Positions 30,675 to 40,746 of a DNA stretch of 64,000 nucleotides are shown here, piece after piece (within the stretch, counting starts at the first letter, position 1; every line of letters begins with the position of its first letter). The stretch is from NCBI GenBank assembly GCA_965214605.1, contig OZ243961.1, positions 1,120,001-1,184,000 on the forward strand, in the 5' to 3' direction. A model generated the notes under the pieces. That model did no database searches. It saw only the letters and a program-made list of their open reading frames with translations, and was not told the origin of the DNA. The DNA is from an uncultured Candidatus Binatia bacterium (lineage in GTDB: Bacteria; Desulfobacterota; Binatia; Bin18). The position numbers and the translations under genes are program-made.

Positions 30675-31328
30675 GTGCAAAGATACGCCCTACCCCACGT
30701 GTTCGCTCTTCTTCTTGTTTGGAGCCTGTGTGTCCCAGGCGTGGCTTTTTCTGCCGACCCAGCCCCCTGGAGTAAATCGCTCCCGCCAGGCTTAGCAGAA
30801 TTGCTGCAGGAATTACATCAAAAATATGGTCCCGATACGATCGCCCTCCTAGGCCGGTTGCTCGACACCTCTCGACGCAGCGGTGGTCTGCTCACCGCGT
30901 CTGTGGAAGTGAGCGGTATTGAGACCCAGCAAGAACAGACGTTCCTAACTTTTCAGGTGAAAACCGGCCTGATCTATAACTCTCTTGTGCTGAGTCAAAC
31001 CGAGCGACTCATTGACCTGTGGACCAAGATTGTAGCGCAATCATTCATGGCTTTTCGAACCTTAGAGTTTCCTGCCGATGGAATCTTGCTGGCCCTCCAT
31101 TACCACTCCAGGCCCTACGGCAGCCTTGAGGATCTGAACCAGGATCTCGACGACCCTAGTCAGGCTGGTGAAGCGGGCGAAGCGAGATTCTATTTCTCGG
31201 AACAATCCTTACAAGCCTTTCTGAGTGAGGAACTCTCGGCGCAAGAGCTGCTGACCCGAACAACCATCCTGGCCAACGGCAGGCCGGTTGCGCTTCAGCT
31301 CCCACCACCGTCCAACAGCGAGACCTAG
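30675..31328 (+). CDS. hypothetical exported protein
   Basis: Signal-peptide-like N-terminus ending VAFSA/D from GTG 30675; family not recognised. Confidence 0.6.
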   Translation: MQRYALPHVFALLLVWSLCVPGVAFSADPAPWSKSLPPGLAELLQELHQKYGPDTIALLGRLLDTSRRSGGLLTASVEVSGIETQQEQTFLTFQVKTGLIYNSLVLSQTERLIDLWTKIVAQSFMAFRTLEFPADGILLALHYHSRPYGSLEDLNQDLDDPSQAGEAGEARFYFSEQSLQAFLSEELSAQELLTRTTILANGRPVALQLPPPSNSET

Positions 31329-31345
31329 CCAAGATTTGGCTGAGG
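31324..31345. terminator. hairpin between convergent genes
   Basis: CCT-AGCCAA-GAT-TTGGCT-G-AGG imperfect inverted repeat; no clear U tract. Confidence 0.3.
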
Positions 31346-31354
31346 CTTGGTGGT

Positions 31355-31456
31355 TTACTCTTTATTGCCGCTTACCAGCACGGCTACAGTTGCTATGGCC
31401 GCAGAAAGCACGGCCGCCCCGGCAACAATTTGCATAAAAATAGCAAGGGGGTCCAT
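31355..31456 (-). CDS. 33-aa single-TM small protein (not in ORF track)
   Basis: AAGGAG RBS, then MDPLAIFMQIVAGAAVLSAAIATVAVLVSGNKE*. Confidence 0.6.
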   Translation of the reverse strand: MDPLAIFMQIVAGAAVLSAAIATVAVLVSGNKE

Positions 31457-31518
31457 AGCTGTTCTCCTTGAGAAGGGTTCTGAAATTCGAAATGTTGTAT
31501 CTACACAAAAGTGAGGCA

Positions 31519-31592
31519 TAGCGACGGGCAGAATCGAACTGCCGACCTAGGGATTATGAGACCCTCGCTCTAGCCTACTGAGCTACGTCGCC
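31519..31592 (-). tRNA. tRNA-Met(CAT), elongator type; CCA not encoded
   Basis: GGCGACG/CGTCGCT acceptor stem, TAGCTCAG D arm, CTCATAA anticodon loop, GTTCGA T loop. Confidence 0.93.
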
Positions 31593-31676
31593 ACAACGTC
31601 CTTAGCAGGATAACAGCTAGGCATACTAGCCGACAATGGCCCAGCTCGGCAAGCCCGCTGGCCTGCTAGGTGATCA

Positions 31677-32420
31677 TCATCCGACTGCCGACCAGTGTTT
31701 GCCGACGTCGCGTTCCCTCACCTGCCGGCTCCCCTTTGCTACCTGGTACAGGGTCTTGCTGGTCCACTCAAGACAGGTCAAGTACCCACCGTAGACAAGA
31801 CCCGTATCAATCCCGACCTTGTAAGGAAGATGAAAGCGGACCTCAGGTTGGGGCGTGTGGCCGTACACCACCGTGTAAGGAAGGGAGTGACGGTTACTGA
31901 TAAACTCCTGACGGATCCACAGCAGATGTTCAGCCTGTTGGTCTGCGAGCGAGCGCGAGGGATCGATACCGGCGTGGACGCACAAAACTTCTTGGCCCGG
32001 ATCTCGGCTCGGAGCTAGGCTGGGACCTTGGCCTGGAAAGGAGAGAGCTAAGCCGCGCAGAAACTCGACGTGCGCCTCGGGAATACGCGCGGCCGCTGAG
32101 CTCGCGTCAGGCCAACAGCCGTAGCTGTCCAGGGTCTGGACCCCGCCATTCATCAGAAATGCGTCGCGATAGAGTCCCCCATGATCGAGAAAGTCAAGGA
32201 ACATATCCTCATGGTTTCCTCTGAGAAATGTCAATCTGCAGACCTGATCGGCCCGCAGGTCTAATAGCAGGTCGACCACCTCACGGGCTCCGGGTCCACG
32301 ATCAATATAGTCGCCCAAAAAGACGAGGTGATCCTCGACCCGGAGGGTTAAGGCGTCCAGCAGGGCCTCAAGCTCAGCCGGACAGGCATGAATGTCTCCT
32401 ACGATAAAGAAACGCGCCAT
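31677..32420 (-). CDS. PPP-family Ser/Thr protein phosphatase (metallophosphoesterase)
   Basis: GDIH, GDYIDRG, GNHE, HAG, GHT, IDTG motifs. Confidence 0.9.
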   Translation of the reverse strand: MARFFIVGDIHACPAELEALLDALTLRVEDHLVFLGDYIDRGPGAREVVDLLLDLRADQVCRLTFLRGNHEDMFLDFLDHGGLYRDAFLMNGGVQTLDSYGCWPDASSAAARIPEAHVEFLRGLALSFPGQGPSLAPSRDPGQEVLCVHAGIDPSRSLADQQAEHLLWIRQEFISNRHSLPYTVVYGHTPQPEVRFHLPYKVGIDTGLVYGGYLTCLEWTSKTLYQVAKGSRQVRERDVGKHWSAVG

Positions 32421-33178
32421 GGTTCTTTTCTCAGATTCCGACCGGCCGCGGCCGGAGCGACAGTTCTTGCTGAACAGCGATTTCATTCTCTACCCAATAC
32501 GCCTGACATGAGCCTGAGGCAAAGCCTACTCAGTAACGCTATACCTTAAAATACGCGACCCACTCCAGGTTCAGAAGTTTCGCTCCGTTGGTCGGCTCTA
32601 GCGGTTCTTCCGAGATAAGAACCGCCGGGTAGCGTTGGATTACTAGTCCTGGTTGGCGAAACACTCGGGTTCAAGGGAGCGTCACAGTAAAGCTCTCTCT
32701 GCATCAATAAATAGTCCCCGGCCCAATCCGGTGCGTCGACGATCTCGAACGGGCCTATGATGCGGACATAAACAGTGCCTTCCACAGGGCAGGAGATAAC
32801 GACAATTGATCTCATCATCACGCTGGGGAATGAAACTACAGCTCTTGAGAGAACATCTTCCCCGGTAACGCTGCCATTCGTCATCGGGACAAGTCGGGTT
32901 AACGAGCCGCGTTTGGAGCACGCAGGGGTTGTGCTCTTGCCGCAGCAGCGGAGAGCCGATGTATACACGGCTGGCCTGTTCAAAGATCTCAAACGCATCA
33001 GCACTCCGCAGTTTCTGTTGAATCAAGCGATCATCATTTCCTCTTGGTTAGACGGTTTTCCTCTCTCCAAAAAGGCGACTCGTCTTCCTCTCATACAGCG
33101 CACAACATAGCTGGAGTCTACCGACACGCCTTGACGCCCCCGCTTTTGTACTGCTAGGGCTAGGCGGGGGTCCTTGGT

Positions 33179-33538
33179 ATGACCATAACGCAATTGCTGG
33201 CCCGAGACCACCTCTTCATCGCCGGTCTAATCCTGCTCGTGCTGGGTTTAGGCAACGCGGTTGTCGCCCTGACAAAAGTGAACGAGTACCTGGCGGTTCT
33301 GGCAGCCACGACTCCTCAGGTCGAAGCGGCGACCGCGCAGCTCTTTCGTGGCGCTCAGCGCCATATCCCCAGCGAAGCCCGTGAGCGCTGGGACATCGCT
33401 CAGGCCAAGCTGGACTTCTATCATGTCGTACTGAGTAGCGGCTGGCTGATGCTCGGCCTGGGCGTGGTGTGCACGGTGGTGGGCCTTATTCGTTTTCGCC
33501 GCCGGCTGTCCGGGTCGGCAGCAAAACGGCTCTTATAG
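33179..33538 (+). CDS. hypothetical two-TM membrane protein
   Basis: Two hydrophobic helices flanking a soluble loop; basic C-terminus. Confidence 0.65.
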   Translation: MTITQLLARDHLFIAGLILLVLGLGNAVVALTKVNEYLAVLAATTPQVEAATAQLFRGAQRHIPSEARERWDIAQAKLDFYHVVLSSGWLMLGLGVVCTVVGLIRFRRRLSGSAAKRLL

Positions 33539-33610
33539 ACGGGCTAAGGCGCCCCCAAAGCTGGCCGACAGGGAATATCACATAAAAGTGAGAAAATCGC
33601 CATACAACGG

Positions 33611-33639
33611 TTGACATTCCAACCCGTCTTTACTACCTT
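33611..33639 (+). promoter_or_regulatory. sigma-70-type promoter of the cof cluster
   Basis: TTGACA-17 nt-TACCTT upstream of cofG. Confidence 0.55.
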
Positions 33640-33666
33640 CTTCTTGCTTTAGTCGATGGGAGTCAC

Positions 33667-34848
33667 ATGGTGCCCGAGCCCGTTCTCGAACAGATTTCTC
33701 TGAGCTTTGATCAACTCCTCGCTCGTGCGGGTGAGGGCGCACAGCTGTCTGCCGCCCAGGGTTATCGCCTAATCCACTGTACGGACGAGGAGTTCCCGGC
33801 CTTGTTGGCGGCTGCGGGCGACCTGCGTGATTGTCACAAAGGGCAGACAGTCACCTACTCACGCAAGCTCTTTCTACCGGTCACCAATCTGTGCCGAGAT
33901 CGTTGCTCGTACTGCACCTTTCGTAAGGACCCACGCGATCCCGCCGCCTGGACTATGACGCGCAACGACCTCCACCAGTGGCTCTCCCGAGGTCAAGCCC
34001 AGGGTTGTAAAGAAGCCCTGATGTGCCTGGGCGACAAGCCCGAACTGGTCTCTCGGGCGTACCGCACCACGTTGGCCGATTTAGGCCACCGGACGACAAC
34101 CGAATACATCTACGAAGCGTGCCAGATTGCGCTGTCATACGGCATTCTGCCCCACACTAACGCGGGCATCCTGAGCTACGACGAGATGCAATGGCTCAAA
34201 GATGTGAATGTGAGCTTAGGCCTGATGCTGGAAAATATCAGCCCTCGGTTACGCCAACGCGGTATGGCCCATTTTTCAGCTCCGGACAAAGAACCCGCCG
34301 TTCGGGTCAAGATGATCCGCGAAGCTGGTGAGCTGGAAATTCCCTTTACGACCGGAATTCTGATTGGCATTGGAGAGACGCGCGAGGAAGTGGTCGACAG
34401 TCTGCTCGCCATCCGTGACATCCACCAGGAGTACGGCCACATTCAAGAGGTCATCATCCAGAATTTTCGGGCCAAACCTGATACCCGCATGGCCGACGCT
34501 CCCGAGCCGGAGGGCCTGGAAGTGGCCAAAACGGTGGCCGTCGCCAGGCTGTTGCTCGGTGGGCAGATGAACGTCCAAGCTCCGCCCAATCTCAACCCGG
34601 TCGATCATCGCCTCCTGTTGCGTGCTGGCATTAACGACTGGGGAGGGATCTCGCCGGTCACCAAAGACTACGTCAATCCCGAAGCGGTCTGGCCACATCT
34701 AGACACCCTGGCCCAGACCTGTCGAGAGGAGGGTTTCTGGCTGCGTGAGCGACTGGCCATTTATCAAGAGTATATTGATCGGCCCGGATTTCTCCTGCCG
34801 GCCCTGCGTCCACGGACTGAGGCATTACAGGCCCAGATCAGCGCCTAA
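33667..34848 (+). CDS. cofG: FO synthase subunit CofG (radical SAM)
   Basis: TYSRKLFLPVTNLCRDRCSYCTF, LPHTNAG, QAPPNL, DWGGISP motifs. Confidence 0.93.
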   Translation: MVPEPVLEQISLSFDQLLARAGEGAQLSAAQGYRLIHCTDEEFPALLAAAGDLRDCHKGQTVTYSRKLFLPVTNLCRDRCSYCTFRKDPRDPAAWTMTRNDLHQWLSRGQAQGCKEALMCLGDKPELVSRAYRTTLADLGHRTTTEYIYEACQIALSYGILPHTNAGILSYDEMQWLKDVNVSLGLMLENISPRLRQRGMAHFSAPDKEPAVRVKMIREAGELEIPFTTGILIGIGETREEVVDSLLAIRDIHQEYGHIQEVIIQNFRAKPDTRMADAPEPEGLEVAKTVAVARLLLGGQMNVQAPPNLNPVDHRLLLRAGINDWGGISPVTKDYVNPEAVWPHLDTLAQTCREEGFWLRERLAIYQEYIDRPGFLLPALRPRTEALQAQISA

Positions 34849-34919
34849 GAAGGCTGTCCTCTCGTCCCTTTTTGGTCTGAAGTATTGACGTTTTTCGCTC
34901 CACAATAAGGAGACCTACT

Positions 34920-36206
34920 GTGGCAACCGACGGTCTTGCGAGTATTCTTGAACATATCGATCCTCAGGTCAGCACGATTCTGCACCGGGCCTTGGAGGGA
35001 CAAGAAGTGTCCTGGCAGGAGGCACTGCTTTTGTGCGAGACAAATGGGCTCGATCTCCAGGCCGTGTGTCTAGTCGCGGATGAGATGCGCCGGCGTCAAG
35101 TCGGCGAGGTGGTGACGTATGTGATCAACCGGAATATTAACTTCACCAACGTCTGCATTAAACACTGCACCTTCTGCGCTTTTAGCCGTGAATATCGTGA
35201 AGAACAAGGCTATTTTCTCCCCGAAGAGGAAATTATCCGGCGGGCTCAACAAGCTGTTGATATGGGTGCCACCGAGGTGTGTATGCAGGCCGGCCTGCCG
35301 CCCAAGATGAAGGGCGAGCTGTATATCGATCTGACCCGAGCAGTGAAAAAGGCCCTCCCGGACCTGCATATTCATGCCTTCTCCCCTGAAGAGGTCTTGT
35401 ACGGCGCAACGCGGGCGGCGGTCTCGATTCCCAACTATCTAGCCGCCCTCAAGGACGCGGGCTTGGATACCCTGCCCGGCACGTCGGCCGAAATTCTTGA
35501 CCAGGACATTCGTGATCGTATTGCCCCGGGGCGCATCACCACAAAACAGTGGATTGAGGTCATCACGTCCGCCCATGGCCTCGGCATTCCAACGACCTCA
35601 ACGATCATGTACGGCCACATCGAGACCCCGATACATTGGGTCAAGCATATGAATCTGCTACGTGATATCCAGAAGGAAACCGGAGGCTTTACCGAGTTCG
35701 TTCCCCTGTCCCTGATTCACCAAGAAGCACCCATGTACCAGCGCAAACTGATCAAAAACATGCGTCAAGGCGCAACTGGCACAGAAGTCATTAAAATGCA
35801 CGCAGTCGCCCGCCTCATGCTCGGCCCGACGTTTCGGAATATCCAGTCATCGTGGGTCAAAGAGGGCCCAAAGCTGGCTCAGTATCTGCTGAATATAGGG
35901 GCCAACGACCTGGGCGGGACCTTGATCAACGAGAGTATTTCCACCTCTGCAGGCGCCCAGTATGGGCAGCTCGTCCCGCCTAAAGAACTCCGTCGTCTGA
36001 TCCGTGATATTGGCCGGACTCCGGCTGAACGTGGCACTACATACACGCTCCGAACAATCTTCAACGGCCAGGACGAAGAGTTAAGCCCGCTCGACATGGT
36101 CGAAAATCCGGACGAGCAGTTCGGTTCCTATCGGAAGCTGACCGCCTCGGATCAGTTCCGCTACGTACATCCCTTTGAACGCGAGAAGCAAGCGGCTTCT
36201 CACTAA
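34920..36206 (+). CDS. cofH: FO synthase subunit CofH (radical SAM)
   Basis: NRNINFTNVCIKHCTFCAF, PGTSAEIL, NIQSSWVK, NESIS motifs; adjacent to cofG. Confidence 0.92.
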   Translation: MATDGLASILEHIDPQVSTILHRALEGQEVSWQEALLLCETNGLDLQAVCLVADEMRRRQVGEVVTYVINRNINFTNVCIKHCTFCAFSREYREEQGYFLPEEEIIRRAQQAVDMGATEVCMQAGLPPKMKGELYIDLTRAVKKALPDLHIHAFSPEEVLYGATRAAVSIPNYLAALKDAGLDTLPGTSAEILDQDIRDRIAPGRITTKQWIEVITSAHGLGIPTTSTIMYGHIETPIHWVKHMNLLRDIQKETGGFTEFVPLSLIHQEAPMYQRKLIKNMRQGATGTEVIKMHAVARLMLGPTFRNIQSSWVKEGPKLAQYLLNIGANDLGGTLINESISTSAGAQYGQLVPPKELRRLIRDIGRTPAERGTTYTLRTIFNGQDEELSPLDMVENPDEQFGSYRKLTASDQFRYVHPFEREKQAASH

Positions 36207-36242
36207 CATCACCGGGCGGCATGCCCTTTCCCCCAGATCAGC

Positions 36243-37196
36243 ATGCCACGCTGTGACGATCTCAGCATTACCGCTCTTGCTGGAGGGGTGGGTGCCGCCC
36301 GTTTCTTACGTGGCCTAGTACGTGTCATCAATCCGGCCAATCTGAGTGTGGTGGTGAACACTGGCGATGATGACGAATTTTTTGGCCTATACGTGTCTCC
36401 AGACCTCGATACCATCACCTATACGCTCGCCGATGCTGTCGACCATGACAAAGGCTGGGGTCTGCCGGACGAGAGCTTCCACTGTCTTAGCGGGTTGAGA
36501 CGCTATTATCCCGAGACCTGGTTTAGTCTGGGTGACGCCGACCTAGCGACCCACCTGTTTCGGACTCAGCAGCTGAGACAAGGGCACACCCTGAGCCAAG
36601 TCACCGCCGCTATTGTCCAAGCCTGGGACGTGCGCGCCACGGTCTTACCGATGAGCAACGATCCGGTCCGGACGGTGGTCCACACCGAAGCGGGTGCTCT
36701 GCCGTTTCAGGAATATTTTGTCAAAGGTCGGGGTGAAGGTCGGGTCGAACGCATCGAGTTACGAGGGCTGCCGGACGCCCGCCCGGCGCCGGGCGTGTGT
36801 GAGGCGATCCAGTCTGCACATTTGGTGATTCTCCCGCCCAGCAACCCGTTGGTGAGCATCGGGCCTATTCTCGGCCTACCTGGCGTCCGCGACGCCCTGC
36901 GCCAAACCCCAGCGTTGGTTGTCGGCATCAGTCCATTGGTAGCCGGTAAGCCGATTAAAGGGCCGGCCGACCGTATGCTCAGTGGCCTCGGCATTGAAGC
37001 CTCGGCGACTGGAGTGGCCGGCCTGTACGCCGACTTTCTGGACGCTTTCGTGATCGATACGCAAGATGCGGCTCAACGGGCCAGACTTGAAGCCCAGGGG
37101 CTGATGGTTCGGGTAACCGATACAATTATGAGTGATATGGAGAAATCAATTGCCCTGGCCCGGACGGCTGTTGAACATATGAAACGTGAAACATAG
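36243..37196 (+). CDS. cofD: 2-phospho-L-lactate transferase
   Basis: GGVGAARF, NTGDD, SPDLDT, PSNPLVSIGPI, KGPAD motifs. Confidence 0.94.
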   Translation: MPRCDDLSITALAGGVGAARFLRGLVRVINPANLSVVVNTGDDDEFFGLYVSPDLDTITYTLADAVDHDKGWGLPDESFHCLSGLRRYYPETWFSLGDADLATHLFRTQQLRQGHTLSQVTAAIVQAWDVRATVLPMSNDPVRTVVHTEAGALPFQEYFVKGRGEGRVERIELRGLPDARPAPGVCEAIQSAHLVILPPSNPLVSIGPILGLPGVRDALRQTPALVVGISPLVAGKPIKGPADRMLSGLGIEASATGVAGLYADFLDAFVIDTQDAAQRARLEAQGLMVRVTDTIMSDMEKSIALARTAVEHMKRET

Positions 37197-37239
37197 GAGG
37201 GATATCTCCTAGGCCGCTGTATCCCCGAAGGATTCTAAT

Positions 37240-37992
37240 ATGAGTACGATCGCACTCATCCCTATCCCCGATATTCCCCAAATTCAACCCGGTGACGATC
37301 TGGTCTCGCTCCTTCTCGACGCGATTGATCGGTCCAAGGTCGGCCTCAAAAACGGCGATATTCTGGTTATGTGCCAAAAAATCGTCTCCAAAGCCGAGGG
37401 TGCAGTGGTTGATTTGAAGACCGTCGAACCTTCGTCTTTTGCCCACCAGATTGCAGACCAGTGGGAAAAAGACCCCCGTATCGTCGAGGTTGTGCTACAG
37501 GAGAGCAAGCGGATCGTGATGATGAAAAATGGAGTAGTGATAACCGAAACAAAACAGGGCTGGGTGTGTGCTAACTCGGGAGTCGATGCGTCAAATACCC
37601 TAGCCGACGATATCGTCATCGTCTTGCCTAAAGATCCTGACCGGTCGGCCAAAAGCATGCGGGTCGCTATTCAAGAACGCCGCAATATTTCGATCGGGAT
37701 CGTTATCACCGATACCTTTGGCCGTCCGTGGCGTGACGGTCTGGTCGAGTTTGCGCTGGGCGTCTCGGGATTTGAGGGCCTGCTTGACATGCGCGGCAGT
37801 GAAGACCTCCAGGGCCGAGAACTGCACCATACCATCGTCTCGGTTGCTGACGAACTCGCCTGCGCCGCCGGCCTGCTGATGGAAAAGAACGCGGCCGTAC
37901 CGGCCGTGATTGTTCGTGGTTACAAGTACACTCCGGCCGAGGGCAGCGGACAGGTCTTGATCCGGCCGGCCGAGGCGGATTTGTTTCGCTAA
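37240..37992 (+). CDS. cofE: F420-0:L-glutamate ligase (stand-alone, no nitroreductase domain)
   Basis: KIVSKAEG, ANSGVDASN, DTFGRPWR, DLFR motifs. Confidence 0.94.
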   Translation: MSTIALIPIPDIPQIQPGDDLVSLLLDAIDRSKVGLKNGDILVMCQKIVSKAEGAVVDLKTVEPSSFAHQIADQWEKDPRIVEVVLQESKRIVMMKNGVVITETKQGWVCANSGVDASNTLADDIVIVLPKDPDRSAKSMRVAIQERRNISIGIVITDTFGRPWRDGLVEFALGVSGFEGLLDMRGSEDLQGRELHHTIVSVADELACAAGLLMEKNAAVPAVIVRGYKYTPAEGSGQVLIRPAEADLFR

Positions 37993-38437
37993 GCTTCGCT
38001 TCAGGCCCTCAACTGATGTGGACTAGCAGCGCCCAACTTCTTTGAGCCTCCTGCCTCAAATCCAATTGTTTAAGTGAACAAGTTGGTCTTTCAGAACTCC
38101 GGCAGAGAGATTACTCAGAATGTTCAGCATGGGAAATCCCCGGTCGATCTTAGCCTGAGGCTCTAGTAGTAGGCGTCATGCATTTCTGCCAAGAGGGAAA
38201 CTCACGCAGGATATCTTCAACCGACAGCCCACGACGGTAGTCTAGGACAAGGAAACTCACCGGAAAGCGGCTTCCTATGATGACCGGTCTTCCCCCTGAA
38301 CATGCGGACGGCGTTCAACATAGGGACGACCCATATTTATTGTCGTACTCTAGGCGCTCACCGTTCACTCCTGCTGAGAGGATCTCGCTATCCCAAAGCG
38401 TTCTCTGAACCTGAGCAAGTTGCATCCCGGCCAGGCC

Positions 38438-39655
38438 ATGACGACGAGACAAGATAGAAGCTCTCTCACTCTCCAAAGCCTGTTGCTTGCCGTCTGCCTA
38501 GTCCTGTCGACCGTTCCGGGCTTCTCGTCTCCACCCCCCGGTGTCAGCCTCATCGAGGGCAGTCTGACCCCTTTTTTTCACAATCGGCCCCTTTCGGCCT
38601 TTCGGGTCTACGCATTCCACGGCCACACTCCGCACCCGATTCCGTTTCAGATCGACGAACGGGACCAACGAGAGCGCTGGATTGTGAGGCACGGTTCAAA
38701 AGCCAAGCAGGACAGCCCTGCCGCGGTGTTTGACGCCAACGACGCCATTGTGGTGATGAACCGCGACCTGGGGCAGCGTGGCGACCCGTCCGTTCTTCCG
38801 GACCAGGCCAAGCGCTGGGCCGAGATCCGGGTCGGAGAAGAGACGAACCGGCTGGGTTTTGTCTATGTCGGGGTCTTTCCCCCAACACACACCCCACCAC
38901 GCATCACCCAGCCTTACGCCCGCTACGACCCGGCCACCGACCGGATCTATGCCGAGCGCTACGCCCTGGCCTTTGACGCGCCACTGCCAACCCATTTTGC
39001 TCCGGTTGAGCGGCTCGGCCACTTTGGGACCAATACTATAACCGGAGTCAAAGCCGGCGCCGAGGTCCGCTTGCTAGGCGGTTTGCTACGCTTCCAGCGT
39101 ACCGAGGTCGATCTACGCAGCAGCTTGCGTGGCTACCAGTCCGGCCCGGTTCGGGTAATCCGCCAGGCGCGCTACTGGGTGCCGCTGCCGTTTGGCCTGC
39201 GCACCTCGGGCAAGGTCAATCTCATTTTCTACCGGGACTTTGTTGAGGGCAGCGCACGGATCAAGCTGAAAATCCCGCCCCGCCTCGTGCTGGCGGAGGG
39301 CGAATTCACGACCTATTTTGACTTTCTGGACCTGCGCGGGGCGCGTCCGCTGCTGAATGGCCGCCTGAGCCGCTGGGCGGCACTGTGCCTACCGAGCGGC
39401 CGGACACTTGTTCTTATTCCCCGGCTTGAGGACGGCTTGAGCAGGCTTGAGCAGCGCGTCTATTACGGTGGCGCTCAGCCCCATTTCGGCTTTCAGTTTT
39501 CGGAAATTGGTCGTCTGGAGAGCGGCTCGCATCGCCTATCGGTTTTCGGCCTGCTGCTCGACACGACCGCCCCGGACACGGTTCAGCGGGCCGCCGATAT
39601 CTTTCTCTCCCCCCCCCAAGTGGCCGCGCAGCTACTCAATGCCCAGCTGGACTAG
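38438..39655 (+). CDS. hypothetical exported protein
   Basis: Signal-peptide-like N-terminus, PIPFQIDER motif, beta-rich; family not recognised. Confidence 0.65.
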   Translation: MTTRQDRSSLTLQSLLLAVCLVLSTVPGFSSPPPGVSLIEGSLTPFFHNRPLSAFRVYAFHGHTPHPIPFQIDERDQRERWIVRHGSKAKQDSPAAVFDANDAIVVMNRDLGQRGDPSVLPDQAKRWAEIRVGEETNRLGFVYVGVFPPTHTPPRITQPYARYDPATDRIYAERYALAFDAPLPTHFAPVERLGHFGTNTITGVKAGAEVRLLGGLLRFQRTEVDLRSSLRGYQSGPVRVIRQARYWVPLPFGLRTSGKVNLIFYRDFVEGSARIKLKIPPRLVLAEGEFTTYFDFLDLRGARPLLNGRLSRWAALCLPSGRTLVLIPRLEDGLSRLEQRVYYGGAQPHFGFQFSEIGRLESGSHRLSVFGLLLDTTAPDTVQRAADIFLSPPQVAAQLLNAQLD

Positions 39656-40723
39656 AGACCAGGCGGCAACCGCCATCTGACGACACTGTTCCCTATAGCC
39701 CAACGCCTGAGGCGAGCTGGCGTTGCCGTCAAGTCCGCGCTTGTACACCCCCTGGATAATGGCGCCAATACGGAACAGGGCAAATACAATGTAGAAGGTC
39801 CAGTTCGGAATCTGCTTTCGTCCGGTCAGCTGGCAGTAGCGCGCCACATAGTCGTGCTCAGACGGAATCCCATAGCTGGCGTAATTAAGCCCAGTGATAT
39901 CGCCCCGAATATCATCCGGCACATGGTAGGGGAGACAGTTGTGGGCCAAGTCGGCAAATGGAGCACCGAGCGTACTCAACTCCCAATCGACGACCGCCAA
40001 CACACGCGGTTCGGTCGGATGAAAGATTATATTCTCTAAACGAAAGTCACCGTGGGAGATTGTGGTTTCGTCATCGACTGGCAGATGCTCGGGCAGCCAC
40101 GCTATGAGCCGTTCCATCTCTGGAATATCTTCGGTTCTGCTGGCCGCATACTGTTTTGTCCAACGGTCAACCTGACGCGCCATATAGCCGCCAATCCGTC
40201 CATAGCCCTCTAGGCCAACCGCCCGAAAATCAACCTGGTGCAGGGCGGCGATCGCCTCGACCATTGCCGCATACACCCGTCCCCGCTCGTTCGGCGTCAT
40301 ATCACGCAGCTCATAGCCGCGTAACACCCGTCCATCAATAAAATCCATCAGATAGAAATCTGTGCCGATCACAGACGGGTCTTGACACAGCACGTAGGGC
40401 TTGGCGACCGGCACGTCGGTGTTGCACAGCGCTGAAATGATCCGAAACTCCCGGTCAACCGCATGGGCCGAGGGCAGCAGCTTGCCAGGCGGCTTTTTAC
40501 GCAGCACGTAGCGCCGGCCGGCCGTATCCGTCAACACAAAGGTCGGGTTCGACATACCGCCCCGAATCTGTCCAACATGCATGGGTGGGGTGAAGTCGGC
40601 TAGGTGTCGGCACATATAACGCTCAAGGTGAGCCTGGTCGAAGTGGTGTTGCTCAAGCACCGGGGCGGTATCGGTGGTCAGCGAAACCAGCGGTAATGCC
40701 TCGGCCTGAGCGTTGGTCGCCAT
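39632..40723 (-). CDS. APH-family phosphotransferase (ACAD10/11 kinase-like), copy 2
   Basis: GGMSNPT, LRKKPPGKLLPSAHAVDRE, HGDFRLEN, DWELSTLG motifs; AAGGAG RBS. Confidence 0.9.
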   Translation of the reverse strand: MATNAQAEALPLVSLTTDTAPVLEQHHFDQAHLERYMCRHLADFTPPMHVGQIRGGMSNPTFVLTDTAGRRYVLRKKPPGKLLPSAHAVDREFRIISALCNTDVPVAKPYVLCQDPSVIGTDFYLMDFIDGRVLRGYELRDMTPNERGRVYAAMVEAIAALHQVDFRAVGLEGYGRIGGYMARQVDRWTKQYAASRTEDIPEMERLIAWLPEHLPVDDETTISHGDFRLENIIFHPTEPRVLAVVDWELSTLGAPFADLAHNCLPYHVPDDIRGDITGLNYASYGIPSEHDYVARYCQLTGRKQIPNWTFYIVFALFRIGAIIQGVYKRGLDGNASSPQALGYREQCRQMAVAAWSLVQLGIE

Positions 40724-40746
40724 CGGTATCTCTCCTTGTCCGTCGC

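Noticed and set aside
31519-31592. tRNA(CAT) near tilS as the lysidine-modified tRNA-Ile2
   Set aside because: The acceptor stem GGCGACG resembles elongator tRNA-Met and lacks the C4/C5 pairs described for E. coli Ile2; proximity to tilS alone is not evidence.
38290-38330. TGAAC...GTTCA hairpin reminiscent of 6S RNA
   Set aside because: Could not find the long closing stems or the usual gene context.
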